From assembly GCA_009859145.1 (NCBI GenBank), contig VRVR01000053.1, positions 124,001-188,000 of the forward strand: a stretch of DNA of 64,000 nt. Direction: 5' to 3'. The notes under the pieces are model-generated. The model was not told the origin of the DNA, searched no databases, and saw only the letters and a list, made by a program, of their open reading frames with translations. Shown here one piece after another: positions 19,472 to 30,597 of the stretch. Within the stretch, counting starts at the first letter, position 1; every line of letters begins with the position of its first letter. Origin of the DNA: Andalucia godoyi And28 (lineage: Eukaryota > Protista > Jakobida). The position numbers and the translations under genes were made by a program.

Positions 19472-21184
19472 CTATGCATTCGAGGGTCCTTTCACGCACG
19501 CTTCGACAAAGGCAAAGAACGGCGGGGACGGCTTTCCCGGTCGGCTCTTGAATTCCGGATGGGACTGCAGCCCCAAGAAGAAAGGATGCAAAGACCGCGG
19601 CAGTTCCATTGCAGACATGCGCACACCTGATTCATCGCGGCCCGTGAAAAGCATGCTTGAATCTTCAAACATCTTGACAAGGTCCGGGTTCACCTCGTAC
19701 CGATGGCGATAGCGCTCCGTCGCTTCCGAGGCGTTGCCGTAGACATGCGAGAGCAAGCAAGGTGGATCCGACTGCTTGATTAAAATCTTATGCGATCCGA
19801 GCCGCATAGTGCCTCCCAGAACTTCGCGGGAAACATCTGGCATGTAGATCAGCACACGATGTTTCGCGGTCTTTTCAAATTCTTCGGAATTCGCACCGTC
19901 AAGATGCAGAACATCCCGAGCCCAGTCAATCACCGCACACTGCATCCCTAAGCAAACACCCAGGAATGGGGTGCGTGACTGACGAGCCCATCGTGCAGCA
20001 AGAATCTTTCCTTCCACTCCGCGAGCCGAAAAACCTCCCGGTATCAAAACCCCGTCAGCAGATCGTAGCTTCCTCCAGGCATCGCGATCCTGTTCTTCTA
20101 ACTTTTCAGCATCGATCCAATCAATCCCCACACGCTTCTGCAGTTGATTGCCAGCATGTTCCAGAGCTTTCGCCACGGACAGGTACGCATCTTTGTCATC
20201 CGTGTACTTTCCAACCAACGCAATGCGAACTTCACCATCCAGGTTATCCTCGCGCGACGCCAGGTCCCTCCACTTCCCCATATTCTTCTCAAAAATAGCA
20301 GAGTCGAATTCCAAGCCAAACTGCTCCTTGATGACATTGACCACACCCTGCTTCTCCAGCAGCAGCGGAACCTGATAGAGGTTCGAGACGTCTGGAAGCG
20401 AGATAACGTGATTCGGGGAAACCTGGCAATGCAGCGCAATTTTCTGAATTGACTCCTCCGAGAGAGGAACCTGGCAGCGGGCGGCAATGAGATCCGGCTG
20501 GAGCCCGGCCGCACGAGACTCGCGAACAGAGTGTTGTGTCGGTTTGGTCTTTTGCTGGCCTGAAATAACAGGAACAAGAGAAACCTGCACACATGCAAAT
20601 CTCCTGGGCGTAACACGGTGGCGGAGCTGACGCAAGGCTTCGATAAATGCCGCAGATTCAATATCCGAAATAACACCACCCAGCTCAATCATGACAATTT
20701 TGGGAACCGGATGCTCAGGCGTCTCATTCAAGACGACCGGATCGCAGGCAAATGCACAGGCAGCCGTCGACTCAATCCACTGGATAATTTCATTCACCAC
20801 ATGCGGAATGACCTGGACTGTCTTCCCCAAAAACTCACCTTTGCGCTCTTTTTCAAGAATGGAAGAGTATATCTTCCCGGTGGTGATGTTGTGCTGCCGA
20901 GTCAGGTTGACGTCCAAGTACCGCTCATAGTTTCCAAGATCCAAATCGCACTCGGAGCCATCCTCAAGAACAAACGCCTCTCCGTGCTCAAACGGCGACA
21001 TCAATCCAGCGTCGATGTTCAGATACGGATCAATCTTGATGGCCGTCACCGCACACCCGCACGTCTTCAATACTGCACCAATGGAAGACGTCGTAACGCC
21101 CTTTCCAATGCCCGAGATCACACCGCCAGTCACCAAAATATACCGGATCATAGATCTCTCTGACACTCCACCTGCACCGTCCAT
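19472..21184 (-). CDS. CTPS: CTP synthase
   Basis: YILVTGGVISGIGKG, KIDPYLNIDAG, GEAFVLEDGSECDLDLGNYER, PGGFSARG, GVCLGMQ, ERYRHRYEVN and QSHPEF motifs. Confidence 0.97.
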   Translation of the reverse strand: MDGAGGVSERSMIRYILVTGGVISGIGKGVTTSSIGAVLKTCGCAVTAIKIDPYLNIDAGLMSPFEHGEAFVLEDGSECDLDLGNYERYLDVNLTRQHNITTGKIYSSILEKERKGEFLGKTVQVIPHVVNEIIQWIESTAACAFACDPVVLNETPEHPVPKIVMIELGGVISDIESAAFIEALRQLRHRVTPRRFACVQVSLVPVISGQQKTKPTQHSVRESRAAGLQPDLIAARCQVPLSEESIQKIALHCQVSPNHVISLPDVSNLYQVPLLLEKQGVVNVIKEQFGLEFDSAIFEKNMGKWRDLASREDNLDGEVRIALVGKYTDDKDAYLSVAKALEHAGNQLQKRVGIDWIDAEKLEEQDRDAWRKLRSADGVLIPGGFSARGVEGKILAARWARQSRTPFLGVCLGMQCAVIDWARDVLHLDGANSEEFEKTAKHRVLIYMPDVSREVLGGTMRLGSHKILIKQSDPPCLLSHVYGNASEATERYRHRYEVNPDLVKMFEDSSMLFTGRDESGVRMSAMELPRSLHPFFLGLQSHPEFKSRPGKPSPPFFAFVEACVKGPSNA

Positions 21185-21540
21185 ACTGCCGTTCCAAGGA
21201 CGGGAGAAAAAGAAAAAAGAATAAGGAAAAGAGATTGAGCTGCCAAGAATTCCCTCAATTGCACACAACACCGCAGAGCGCAAAACGCGAATGGGCTCAC
21301 ATGGGAGCTTACCCAAACTACTTCTGCCGACTGTAAACATGTTTAATAACCGGCAACTACAGTAGTTGTGTCCGGGGTATTTGCAGCTCCCCGACGCTCT
21401 GAGAAAAACATGCAGTGTTTCATGTCTCGCTTTTACTAGACTCTCTCGCTCATTCGCGCGCTCTGACACACTCTGACACACACGCCTGCTGACGGTTGCT
21501 GACGGTTGCTGACGATCTCACGTACATTGGAAAACAGAAG

Positions 21541-24500
21541 ATGCTGGGATCGGTGCTTCGACATCGGATGCGTGGCCGTCTTGCTTCGCATGGAAAGCTG
21601 GCTGGGTGTGTGCTGTACTCGACGAAGGCAGGCGATTCTGGGAAGGAGTATCGATCGACGCTGTTGCTTCCGCAGACTGATTTTCCAATGCGAGCGAATG
21701 CAAAGGTGCGGGAACCGGAGCTTGCGATGCAGTGTGCGGATGAACTGTATGCACGGCAGCTGAGGCAGACGGAGCGGCCGCTCGTGGTTCTGCATGACGG
21801 ACCGCCGTATGCGAATGGGAAGATCCATATGGGCCATGCGCTGAACAAGGTGCTCAAGGACATGGTTTGCAGATGGAACATTCTGTATGGAAAGCGAGTG
21901 TCGTTTGTTCCTGGATGGGACTGTCATGGACTGCCGATTGAAATGAAGGCTATCCAGCAGCTCCAAGCAACCCCAACCCCAACCACAACCACAACCACAA
22001 CCACAACCCCAACCACAACCAAAATCACATCCAAAACCACAGCTGCAACAGTACCGGGTAGCGATCAAGCAAAGGGGAAACAACCAGGGACAGGGACGGA
22101 GTTGTTCGACGGCTCGAAATTCTCTCCTGCGACGATACGGCAGGTTTCGAAATCCATTGCAACGCAGTCGATTGAAGATCAGAGGACTGCTTTCAAGAGG
22201 TTGGGGGTCGCGGCCGACTGGAACTCGCCTTACAAGACAATGACTCCCGAGTACGAAGCTTCGCAGCTGGATGTGTTGCGTGCATTGTATGCGTCCGGAT
22301 GCATATTCCGCGGAGTAAGGCCGGTGTTCTGGTCGCCTTCCTCACGAACTGCGTTGGCAGAGTCGGAGTTGGAGTATCCCGAAGGACACAAATCACGTGC
22401 AGTGTACGTGTTGTTGCCCGTCGTCCAAGCTGGAAATGGCAGAGTTCGGTTTGCCAGTTCATTGTTTCCTGCGCTTCCGGAGCACGATGAGGATGCTCCT
22501 TTGCATGTGTGCATCTGGACGACAACTCCATGGACACTGCCTGCAAACCAGGCAGTTGCGTTCAACAAGAATTTAAATTATGTCCTTCTCAAGGTGTCGC
22601 ATGCAGATAACACACCGTTTTACGTGCTGGTTGCCGAGAATCTTTTCCACCCGTTCGTGCTGTCCAAGAACAACCCCGAGTACAAGGTCGAGCGAGTCTA
22701 TGCTATTGGAGGCTCAAAGCTTGAAGGTCTGTGGTGTGCTCACCCCATGTCGTCGCCGTCCGATCCGTCACGAGCGACATTTCCAGGGACCGCCCCTGCG
22801 CCGTCGCCTTTGCCAATGATCGTTCCGCTTATTCACGGTGACTATGTGACCGAAACCAGCGGTACAGGGCTTGTGCACACTGCCCCCAGTCATGGACAGG
22901 AGGATTTCTTGCTTGGCCAACAGCACGGTCTGAACACCAGCTTCTGCGCTGTTGATGATGCCGGGAAGTACACGGCGGAGACAGTCCGCGCAGATGAACT
23001 GGAAGGCCTGTCAGTGCTGACAGACGGGAATGCAAAGGTGTTGGCGCTTCTAGAAAGAGAAGGACGAGTGTGGAGTACTGGATTGTATGAGCACAAGTAT
23101 GCGTATGACTGGCGGACGAAGCAGCCTGTTCTTGTTCGAACGACTGCACAATGGTTCTGCTCTCTCGACACCCTGAAGGAGAAGGCAATGCAGAGTGCGC
23201 TGGATGATAAGTTGGAAATCATTCCTGCCAGCGGCAGGGCTCGCCTATCGGCCTTTGTCAATTCGCGCTCCGATTGGTGTATTTCGCGTCAGCGTTCTTG
23301 GGGGGTTCCGATTCCAGTGTTCTACGAGATTTCGACAGGCCAGGCGTTCATGAATGAGGAGATTATCGACCACGTGCGCAGCGTGTTTCTCAAGACTGGG
23401 GGTTCTGATGCGTGGTGGAATTTGAGTGTCGAGGATCTTTTGCCTCCCTCTTTGAAGTCACGGGCGGCGTCATTCAAGAAAGGAGCAGACACGCTTGATG
23501 TGTGGTTTGACTCGGGCAGCTCGTGGAAGTATCTGCAGGACTCGATTCTGAAGCGCGATCTGCTTCCTGCTGGTAGCATGTCGAAGAAACACGCAGGTGT
23601 CGAGAAGGTTATCTACTGCGAGGGTTCGGACCAGCATCGAGGGTGGTTCCAATCCTCTCTGTTGACCAGCATTGCGGTCCAGAATAAGGCACCATACAAC
23701 GTGCTCCTCACACACGGCTTTGTTCTCGACGAGCAAGGACGGAAGATGTCCAAGTCGCTCGGAAATGTCTTGGACCCAATTCAGGTCGTCGACTCGTTTT
23801 CGGCGGATATCCTGCGCATGTGGGCTGCGTCCTCGGATTATTCACGTGATGTGCTGGTTGGAAATGAGATTTTGAACAAGGTCGCGGAAAACGTGCGAAA
23901 GATTCGAAACACTTGTCGCTTCTTGCTTGGAAATCTTTCGGGGTTCACTTCGGAATCACTGGACACAGTCCTGCGCAACTGGTCTGATCTCCCGTTTGTC
24001 GATCAGTGGCTTTTGGGAAAGTGTGCTGCAGTGTCCACGTCCGTTGAGAAGGCATATCAGGCGTGCGATTTTGCATCTGTGCAGTCGCAGCTGGTGGCGT
24101 TTGCGACAAACGACCTGTCCGCGTTTTACTTGGACTGCACCAAAGATCGAGTGTACTGCAATGCAGCGACCGATGTGAATCGACTGTCTGCGCAAGTTTG
24201 CATGTATGTGGCGCTTCTGACGCTGATGAAATGTGCAGCACCGATCTTGTGCCACACTTCCGAAGAGATTTGGCAGCATTTGTGCAAGACACTCGGTCAA
24301 TCGTCGACGTCGCTTCTGTTGCTCGATGGCTGGGTGCACGACTTGAATGCAAGGATAGCACAGGTCCAGGAGGGATCGAGAACTTCCGCCGGGGACCTTG
24401 TGTCTAGGCTGCAAGGAGTGCGCGAAAGCACAAACCGTGCGTTGGAGGTACTCAGAAAGAACCGAGTGATTGGATCTTCCGTGGATGCCCATGTCTCCTT

Positions 24501-24855
24501 GACGTTTGCGGACAGGAAGACCGATGTGTGGGACGTCAGCCACCATCTCACCGAATTCTTCAATGTTTCGACGGTTTCGCTCGCGATTAATTCCTCGCTC
24601 GCACAAAGTTCTCCAGCACTGGATGCATCCGAGGACACGGGATCGTCCGCGCCGTCTGCGTTTGCAACTGCAGAGGTTGTTCCAAACCAAGCGGGAACAG
24701 AGTGCACGGTGCAAATATCGGATCCAGAATACGGTCGAGTGACCATTGCGACGGCCCTCTCATCGCGTTGCAAGTGTCCTCGATGCTGGATGCGCACAGC
24801 GCTCTTGGAAGGTCATGTGTGTGCACGTTGCGAATCCGTGTTGAACAGAAAGTGA
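21541..24855 (+). CDS. IARS2: Isoleucyl-tRNA synthetase, mitochondrial/bacterial type 1
   Basis: HDGPPYANGKIHMGH (HIGH motif), WTTTPWTLPAN, GTGLVHTAPSHG, DWCISRQR, EGSDQHRGWFQS, KMSKS and C-terminal CPRCW...CARC Zn finger. The N-terminus is Arg-rich like a targeting peptide. An (ACAACC)n-encoded Thr run is inserted. Confidence 0.96.
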   Translation: MLGSVLRHRMRGRLASHGKLAGCVLYSTKAGDSGKEYRSTLLLPQTDFPMRANAKVREPELAMQCADELYARQLRQTERPLVVLHDGPPYANGKIHMGHALNKVLKDMVCRWNILYGKRVSFVPGWDCHGLPIEMKAIQQLQATPTPTTTTTTTTTPTTTKITSKTTAATVPGSDQAKGKQPGTGTELFDGSKFSPATIRQVSKSIATQSIEDQRTAFKRLGVAADWNSPYKTMTPEYEASQLDVLRALYASGCIFRGVRPVFWSPSSRTALAESELEYPEGHKSRAVYVLLPVVQAGNGRVRFASSLFPALPEHDEDAPLHVCIWTTTPWTLPANQAVAFNKNLNYVLLKVSHADNTPFYVLVAENLFHPFVLSKNNPEYKVERVYAIGGSKLEGLWCAHPMSSPSDPSRATFPGTAPAPSPLPMIVPLIHGDYVTETSGTGLVHTAPSHGQEDFLLGQQHGLNTSFCAVDDAGKYTAETVRADELEGLSVLTDGNAKVLALLEREGRVWSTGLYEHKYAYDWRTKQPVLVRTTAQWFCSLDTLKEKAMQSALDDKLEIIPASGRARLSAFVNSRSDWCISRQRSWGVPIPVFYEISTGQAFMNEEIIDHVRSVFLKTGGSDAWWNLSVEDLLPPSLKSRAASFKKGADTLDVWFDSGSSWKYLQDSILKRDLLPAGSMSKKHAGVEKVIYCEGSDQHRGWFQSSLLTSIAVQNKAPYNVLLTHGFVLDEQGRKMSKSLGNVLDPIQVVDSFSADILRMWAASSDYSRDVLVGNEILNKVAENVRKIRNTCRFLLGNLSGFTSESLDTVLRNWSDLPFVDQWLLGKCAAVSTSVEKAYQACDFASVQSQLVAFATNDLSAFYLDCTKDRVYCNAATDVNRLSAQVCMYVALLTLMKCAAPILCHTSEEIWQHLCKTLGQSSTSLLLLDGWVHDLNARIAQVQEGSRTSAGDLVSRLQGVRESTNRALEVLRKNRVIGSSVDAHVSLTFADRKTDVWDVSHHLTEFFNVSTVSLAINSSLAQSSPALDASEDTGSSAPSAFATAEVVPNQAGTECTVQISDPEYGRVTIATALSSRCKCPRCWMRTALLEGHVCARCESVLNRK

Positions 24856-25304
24856 GGTCTGACACTCGGAACTAAAAACACGAGTTCCAAGAATACCAAA
24901 CAACATGCCAAACGTAAACACCAAAATAAAAAAAATAAATAAAAAGAAAAAAAGAGAAGAGAAGATTAGGAAAAAAGACACCAACAGAACCAGCAGCAGC
25001 AGCAGCAACAACAACAACAACAACAACAACACAGCCCCCCAACTTTTTCTTCTTCTTTAATTACACAACCTACATACAAACAGCACCACCAATACAACAA
25101 AAGGAAAAGCAGTCCATAAAAACAACCAAAAACAACCCTCGAGGCGCATGTGATCACGATTTGAAGCACATCCAACACAAACGACTGAAAGAACACAAAC
25201 ACAAAATAAAATAAAATTATAATAATTCGCTCATCTCGCAATTCGTCTGCATCTGCATCTGCATCTGCATCTGTTCTCCCCTCCTCCTTCAAACAGCTTC
25301 ATTC

Positions 25305-26894
25305 TTAGAAGATCGACTGCTTTCCGTCTCTGCGGAACATCGCAGGAACCTTGTACTCAAGCATCATGTTGTTATCCGGCTGAAGACCGACACAGGCACG
25401 GAACAGATTTTCAATGCAAGCTCTCTGCTTGAAGAGAGCATTAATCACCGGGGTGTTCTCGGGCACTTGCGGCGCCTTGAGCAGATATGCGAGGACGGAG
25501 AGCACGGAGTCGAACTTTTGCCATTCCATGTCCTGTCCAGGAACTCGCCACTGGATTCTCTCCATCATCTCTCCAAGGATAACCAAGTCGAGGATCAGCG
25601 GAGCCGCCAAAAGAGAGTCTTCGCAGGTATTGTGGAGAACAATCGTGTTGTGGCCTCCCATGAAAATTCGAGAGGTGTACTCATCCATGGCGCGCTTGGA
25701 GTCCCCGACATACGGGACGTACTTGATCACGACAACATGGTCTGGGTGCTCGTCCTGATCGTACAGAATTCCGTTGGACTCGACCATGTCGTCCACAACG
25801 TTGGACTTTGAGATCTCCTTGGATCGGAAGCACTGGGGTGCAGACAAGTTCTTTCCGTCGTTGTTTCCAAGATGGTTGTAGCTCACAATCGACGTCGGCT
25901 TCAGTCCCGCAGACACAAGGAAGTCCACAAGCACAGACTTCATCTTTGTCTGTCCAGACTTGAAGTCATCACCTGCAATGTACACGCCCTCACGCTCCGC
26001 AAGCTCCGTGACACCCGGAACAAAGGTATTTTGTGGCGATCCATTGATGTAGGTGCATCCTTCGAGGATCGACGCAATTGCAAAGCAGCTGGACGGCGAG
26101 ATTTCACCCTCTGATCTCTTCAGAGCAGCCAGCAGGTTGTCTGCAGTGTCGTTCAATCCCTCAACGACATCCGAAAACCTCTCGGTGTTTGCAGTCCACA
26201 ACAAGATAACCTTGTCGACCTTGTTTGCAGCCTTGAACTCCCGGATATCCGCACGGATCTTCTCCACCTGCTCCCACTTTGATCCAGAAATGACATTGTC
26301 TGCACGGTCGGCCTGGTTCGCAGCAATGAACTCTGGGAAGTAGATCGACGGCAGCGGCTTGAGGTTCTCCATGTACGGAACCAACTGGCGCTGTAAGTCA
26401 TAGTCCAACACCGACGCTCGCTCCATTGCCTGTGCAAGGTTCATTGACGAAATATCCCATCCTCCAAGCACAAGGTCGTTCGGATTCACCATCGGCAAGA
26501 TGGAATGGAACGGCACAAAGAGTTCTTCATTCTTGGACGACGACGACGACGTGGTCGATCCAATTCGCAATGTAGAGCACTGCGTCAAGGATCCGTAGTA
26601 GTCCGGCTTCTGGATCCCACGCGCAGTCCGCCACGTGATTCCTTCGCGGTTTGCAATAATTCCAGCAGTCACCGTCGTTCCGTTGTTGCCGCCCCATCCA
26701 ACAAGCATCAGACCAAGCTTGGGCACATTTCGCTCTGTGCGCAGCTCAAGATGCTTGACCGTCGGCTCCACTGAGGCAGAACTCCCATCTGCACTCACAA
26801 CCGTCTTGGTCAGATGGTACTCATACGTCGACGTAATCGCCTCGGCAGAATACGTTACATTCGGCGAACTGACTGTAAAATTCTTCAACAACAT
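25305..26894 (-). CDS. INO1: Inositol-3-phosphate synthase (MIPS)
   Basis: [45 protein letters not shown] and CEDSLLAAP motifs. Confidence 0.97.
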   Translation of the reverse strand: MLLKNFTVSSPNVTYSAEAITSTYEYHLTKTVVSADGSSASVEPTVKHLELRTERNVPKLGLMLVGWGGNNGTTVTAGIIANREGITWRTARGIQKPDYYGSLTQCSTLRIGSTTSSSSSKNEELFVPFHSILPMVNPNDLVLGGWDISSMNLAQAMERASVLDYDLQRQLVPYMENLKPLPSIYFPEFIAANQADRADNVISGSKWEQVEKIRADIREFKAANKVDKVILLWTANTERFSDVVEGLNDTADNLLAALKRSEGEISPSSCFAIASILEGCTYINGSPQNTFVPGVTELAEREGVYIAGDDFKSGQTKMKSVLVDFLVSAGLKPTSIVSYNHLGNNDGKNLSAPQCFRSKEISKSNVVDDMVESNGILYDQDEHPDHVVVIKYVPYVGDSKRAMDEYTSRIFMGGHNTIVLHNTCEDSLLAAPLILDLVILGEMMERIQWRVPGQDMEWQKFDSVLSVLAYLLKAPQVPENTPVINALFKQRACIENLFRACVGLQPDNNMMLEYKVPAMFRRDGKQSIF

Positions 26895-26912
26895 TTTGCT
26901 TGTTTCAAATAC

Positions 26913-26933
26913 TTAGGGTTAGGAGGGTTAGGG
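26913..26933. repeat. Short interstitial telomere-like TTAGGG cluster upstream of INO1
   Basis: TTAGGG TTAGGA GGG TTAGGG, starting 19 nt from the INO1 ATG. Confidence 0.6.
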
Positions 26934-27520
26934 CTACGCAGAATACAAACAGTATTGTTTTTTCCTTTTCTTTCAACAGAAAAAAACAGGGAGGAAATTT
27001 CGGGGGAAAAATGCAAGAAAAAAAAAGAAGGCACAAAGACGAAGAAAGAGAAGACGGGGGGGGGGGGGGAGGAACGAATTGGAGAATCTCACCAAATTAT
27101 TATTTCAAAAAGAAAAAGAAAAAGAAAAAAGAAACGAAAACGAAAAAACGAAAAGGAACTAAGAGGGAATAGAGGAGAAAGGAAAAGAAAAAAGGGCAAA
27201 GGAAAGGAAAAATGCGCGACGCCCAGGGGCTGAAGGAGAAGGGGGGGGAATGCCCCGAGTGCGGCTTCATGAGGGACTGGAAATTCAATCGAAATTCGCC
27301 GCACTTTCCCGCGATTGAGGGAAGAAAGAAAGGTTCCGAATCTTTCTACCGCTTTTTTTATTTTCGTTGTCTGGGGATGAATCAATTGATGCTATGATCA
27401 GGAGGGTTGGGGGGAAGTAGACTTGTACGGTAGATGATGATGACGACGTTGTTTCCGTCGCCAAAACAAACAAACTAACAAACAAAAAAACCGAGTACAC
27501 GGGCGAGACGGAGAGACGAG

Positions 27521-27895
27521 ATGGAGTCCGAGGTCACGATTGCGATTGACCGGGTGTTTATTCCGTTTGTGTTGCAGCCAAGTGGCAGTAGTGCGAGTGA
27601 CGTGCGGCGGCTGAATGCATCTGCAGCAAAGTACGTGCTCACAAGGACGCTTGGCGGCTTGTTTGGCTCGGTGGGAGGTTCGTTTACAGTCGATTTGGTG
27701 CACTTTGATGAGGACACGGGTCGCGGAATCTTGGCGACGTACGACAGGGACGCTTGGAAAGTCGTCAGTGCACTCGCGCTGTGTCGAACGGGGCCTTCCA
27801 ACGAGGACATTCTGTTTGAAACAGGCCTCGTTTCACCGTTCTTGACCGACCTCGTCTTTCCAAACCAGCATCCGCTCTCGATCCCAGCGCAATAG
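27521..27895 (+). CDS. RPP14: RNase P/MRP subunit, Rpp14/Pop5 family
   Basis: LTRTLGGLFGSVGGSFTVDLVHFDEDTGRGIL...KVVSALAL...VSPFLTDL matches the Rpp14 pattern (LFG..G...VDIL.......AIL.....K.WSSL...VSPFL..L). Confidence 0.8.
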   Translation: MESEVTIAIDRVFIPFVLQPSGSSASDVRRLNASAAKYVLTRTLGGLFGSVGGSFTVDLVHFDEDTGRGILATYDRDAWKVVSALALCRTGPSNEDILFETGLVSPFLTDLVFPNQHPLSIPAQ

Positions 27896-27915
27896 CTTGC
27901 AAACAACAAACAATA

Positions 27916-27957
27916 GACAACAGACAACAGACAACAGACAACAGACAACAGACAACA
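27916..27957. repeat. (GACAACA)n heptamer tandem repeat
   Basis: About six direct copies downstream of RPP14. Confidence 0.9.
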
Positions 27958-28013
27958 ACCCCATCCATTCTTAATTCCCGTCGTTTTGCGTTTTTTCCTT
28001 TCTTTTTTTATTT

Positions 28014-28015
<2 letters not shown>

Positions 28016-28054
<39 letters not shown>
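28016..28054. repeat. (ATT)n microsatellite
   Basis: Directly visible. Confidence 0.95.
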
Positions 28055-28247
28055 GTTTTTTTAATTCAATTGTTATGAACAGCAAAACATACGTTCTCAC
28101 CAGTGTAAAGGATAATACCAGAAAACACAGAGCGCATCAAACCTCAAACCTCAAACGACAAAACCAAAACTTGCTTTTCCCCTCTCTTTTTTCTTCCTTT
28201 CTTCTTCTTTCGTTTTTCCATTTTGCATCGGCCAATGGGATGAGCAC

Positions 28248-30104
28248 TTACTGCTTCTTGCGCTGTTGGACGAGCTTGAGTGATGCAACAAAAGTCATCA
28301 CCATCTTGGAGTTAACCTCGACGAGGTCTTCCCATTGCGTGAACAGCGTTGCACCGATTTTTCTTGCGACGGAGATTGCATACTTTGCATTGAGCTCCTT
28401 GTCCTTCTGTTCCTCGCCCTTGGTGACCATCTCTGCGTCAACTGCACGAGACTCGACAGCAGAGCACAGCTCGCACAAGAAGATACCGTTGGAGAGCGTG
28501 CTATCCTTGAACGACGCCATTGAAGAACCCTTCTTGATCGCAGAGTGCTGCGAAACGGTGTCGTTTGCCCACTTGATAAGATCGGCATCGGTGACCTCCT
28601 TTCCGCCTCCAATCTGCTTGAGCATACGCATGAGATCGTGGCGCATCATCTGCCAAACGAGACCGAGAACGAGCTTCTTGTTTCCATCCACGACATCCGT
28701 GCCGCCAATGTTCACCATGGAAAACTTGAGCTGCTTTCCAAGGACCACCACGTAATTGCAGTTCTCAACCTTTTTGAACTTGTTCTTGCACGTCATGTTG
28801 ACCTGCTTCCAGCTGACAATGCCTGGTTCGATCTTATCAAAGAGCTGCAAAAGGATGATTCCGTCGCGAACATCCTCGAACAAGTTGTTGACCTCGATTC
28901 CGAGCGACTGCATCCACAGACGGAATGCTCGTTCTTCACGAGTTCCTGCAGTGTCAAAGTCCAGCATTTCAGCATACATCTTCTCCTCTTCTGCGGTGAT
29001 TGGCTCCAATGCAGGATGCGAGTTGAACAAGTTTGCAACGAACGCCAGGTTGAGCTTTCCGTTTCCGCTGACAATATCCTTTGCCGTCACGAACTTGCGG
29101 CAGTTGATGCGCTCTGCATTCTCCAGAACCTTTTCTGCACGCTGCGTAACGTCTGCAACTTGCAGAGGCGATCGATCGCACTGGTGCGGCGCAATGGCGC
29201 TCAGCAGCACTGCATAGTTCTCGGCGTCCTTGATGTCTCCCGAGAAGTTGGAGACCCGTCTTGCCCAGCCCGCACGCTCCAAATGATAGTTAACCCATCG
29301 CAAAAGAAGCTGCTCTGGAGGCATCTTGAGCAAGTCTGCAAGATCCTCTCCATCCTTGAGCAACCGCACAAGCTCGGGATGCTTCATTAGATTGATTTCG
29401 CCGAGCAAACCCGTCTTGATGATCTGCCACAAAAGCCCCAGAACAAGATGCACCCTTCCCTCAATGATATCTTCCGGTCCGATGTTCACAACCTTGCATC
29501 CAATGCCAATCGCAGAGCGCAAGCACAACGTCAGATTCTCATGGACCTGCCACGCATTCTTGTTTGCCTTCTTGTTGATCACACGCTCATCAATCGTATC
29601 GGGGACGGACGCATTGATCAGTTTGCACAGCAACACACCGTCTTTGCATGCATCAAACACGCCAGACTTTGAGCTTTCATCAATCGGCAAAACACTCTTC
29701 AAATCCGCATCGTTTCCAAGAACAAAGTTGATGTGCTCCACAAACGCGCGCTTTTCTTCCTCGGTGTACGAATGCTGCGCACCTCCCTGGCCCTGGATCT
29801 TGTTGATGGCCTGTGCGGCACGCTTGTACACTTCCGCAAACGCAGTCTTCTTGCTGGTGGACGACGACTTGAGCTCCGTCGCAGCTGCCAGGAACTCGTT
29901 CCAGTCAATCTCGTTGTTTCCGTCCGCATCCACTGAAGATATAATGGCCTTCAGCTCTTCTGCAGTGTGGTTCGTCCCCAGCGTCGCCTCAAGCGCCGAC
30001 CGAAGTTCAGCGGTCGAGATCGACCCCGAATGATCCGCGTCAAACGCTTCAAAGTGCGAACGCAGAGTACTCAGCTCGTCTTCTGTAAAGTTGGAATGGG
30101 CCAT
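28248..30104 (-). CDS. FIM1: Fimbrin/plastin (two EF-hands plus four calponin-homology domains)
   Basis: EF-hand loops DADHSGSISTAE and DADGNNEIDWNE; DGVLLCKLINASVPDTIDERVIN; PEQLLLRWVNYHL; REERAFRLWMQSL; NAKYAISVARKIGA. Confidence 0.96.
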   Translation of the reverse strand: MAHSNFTEDELSTLRSHFEAFDADHSGSISTAELRSALEATLGTNHTAEELKAIISSVDADGNNEIDWNEFLAAATELKSSSTSKKTAFAEVYKRAAQAINKIQGQGGAQHSYTEEEKRAFVEHINFVLGNDADLKSVLPIDESSKSGVFDACKDGVLLCKLINASVPDTIDERVINKKANKNAWQVHENLTLCLRSAIGIGCKVVNIGPEDIIEGRVHLVLGLLWQIIKTGLLGEINLMKHPELVRLLKDGEDLADLLKMPPEQLLLRWVNYHLERAGWARRVSNFSGDIKDAENYAVLLSAIAPHQCDRSPLQVADVTQRAEKVLENAERINCRKFVTAKDIVSGNGKLNLAFVANLFNSHPALEPITAEEEKMYAEMLDFDTAGTREERAFRLWMQSLGIEVNNLFEDVRDGIILLQLFDKIEPGIVSWKQVNMTCKNKFKKVENCNYVVVLGKQLKFSMVNIGGTDVVDGNKKLVLGLVWQMMRHDLMRMLKQIGGGKEVTDADLIKWANDTVSQHSAIKKGSSMASFKDSTLSNGIFLCELCSAVESRAVDAEMVTKGEEQKDKELNAKYAISVARKIGATLFTQWEDLVEVNSKMVMTFVASLKLVQQRKKQ

Positions 30105-30597
30105 CTTTTCTTTTTCTCCTCTGGATTCCGCTGCTTGTGCTACTCTCTTTGAATACAGTACACCCCAGGAAAATTAAAACATAAGAAAGAAAGAAAGAAA
30201 GAGAAAAAAAAAAAAAGAGGAAAAATAAAAATAAAATAGATCAATGGAAATGAAGAAAGTTAGAAGGGGAAAAAAAGGAAAAACTCTTTGGAGACACAAG
30301 GATTGCAAAGGAAGGGGGAAAGACAAAAAGGAGAGCCCAAAAAATCAAAAAACAGAATGGTGCATCACAGAGAAACGTCGCATAGATGATCAAAATTGCA
30401 ATTGAAGTCGGGGAAGAGTGAGTGAAAAAAGGGCCGGATTGGGTGATTGAGTACGGGAAGAGGCCGCATCGTCCTAGTCGGTACGCAGGTTCCGAGGATA
30501 GCTCCTTTTTGCACAGCACTTGAACCTGGACCGCCCCCCTCCCCTTCCCCTCTCCTGTCCAGACTACAGTAGATGCTGGCGTTTGGGTTTTAAAGCT

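Noticed and set aside
27916-27957. Heptamer and other tandem repeats as CRISPR arrays
   Set aside because: They are short, spacer-less microsatellites in a eukaryotic genome.
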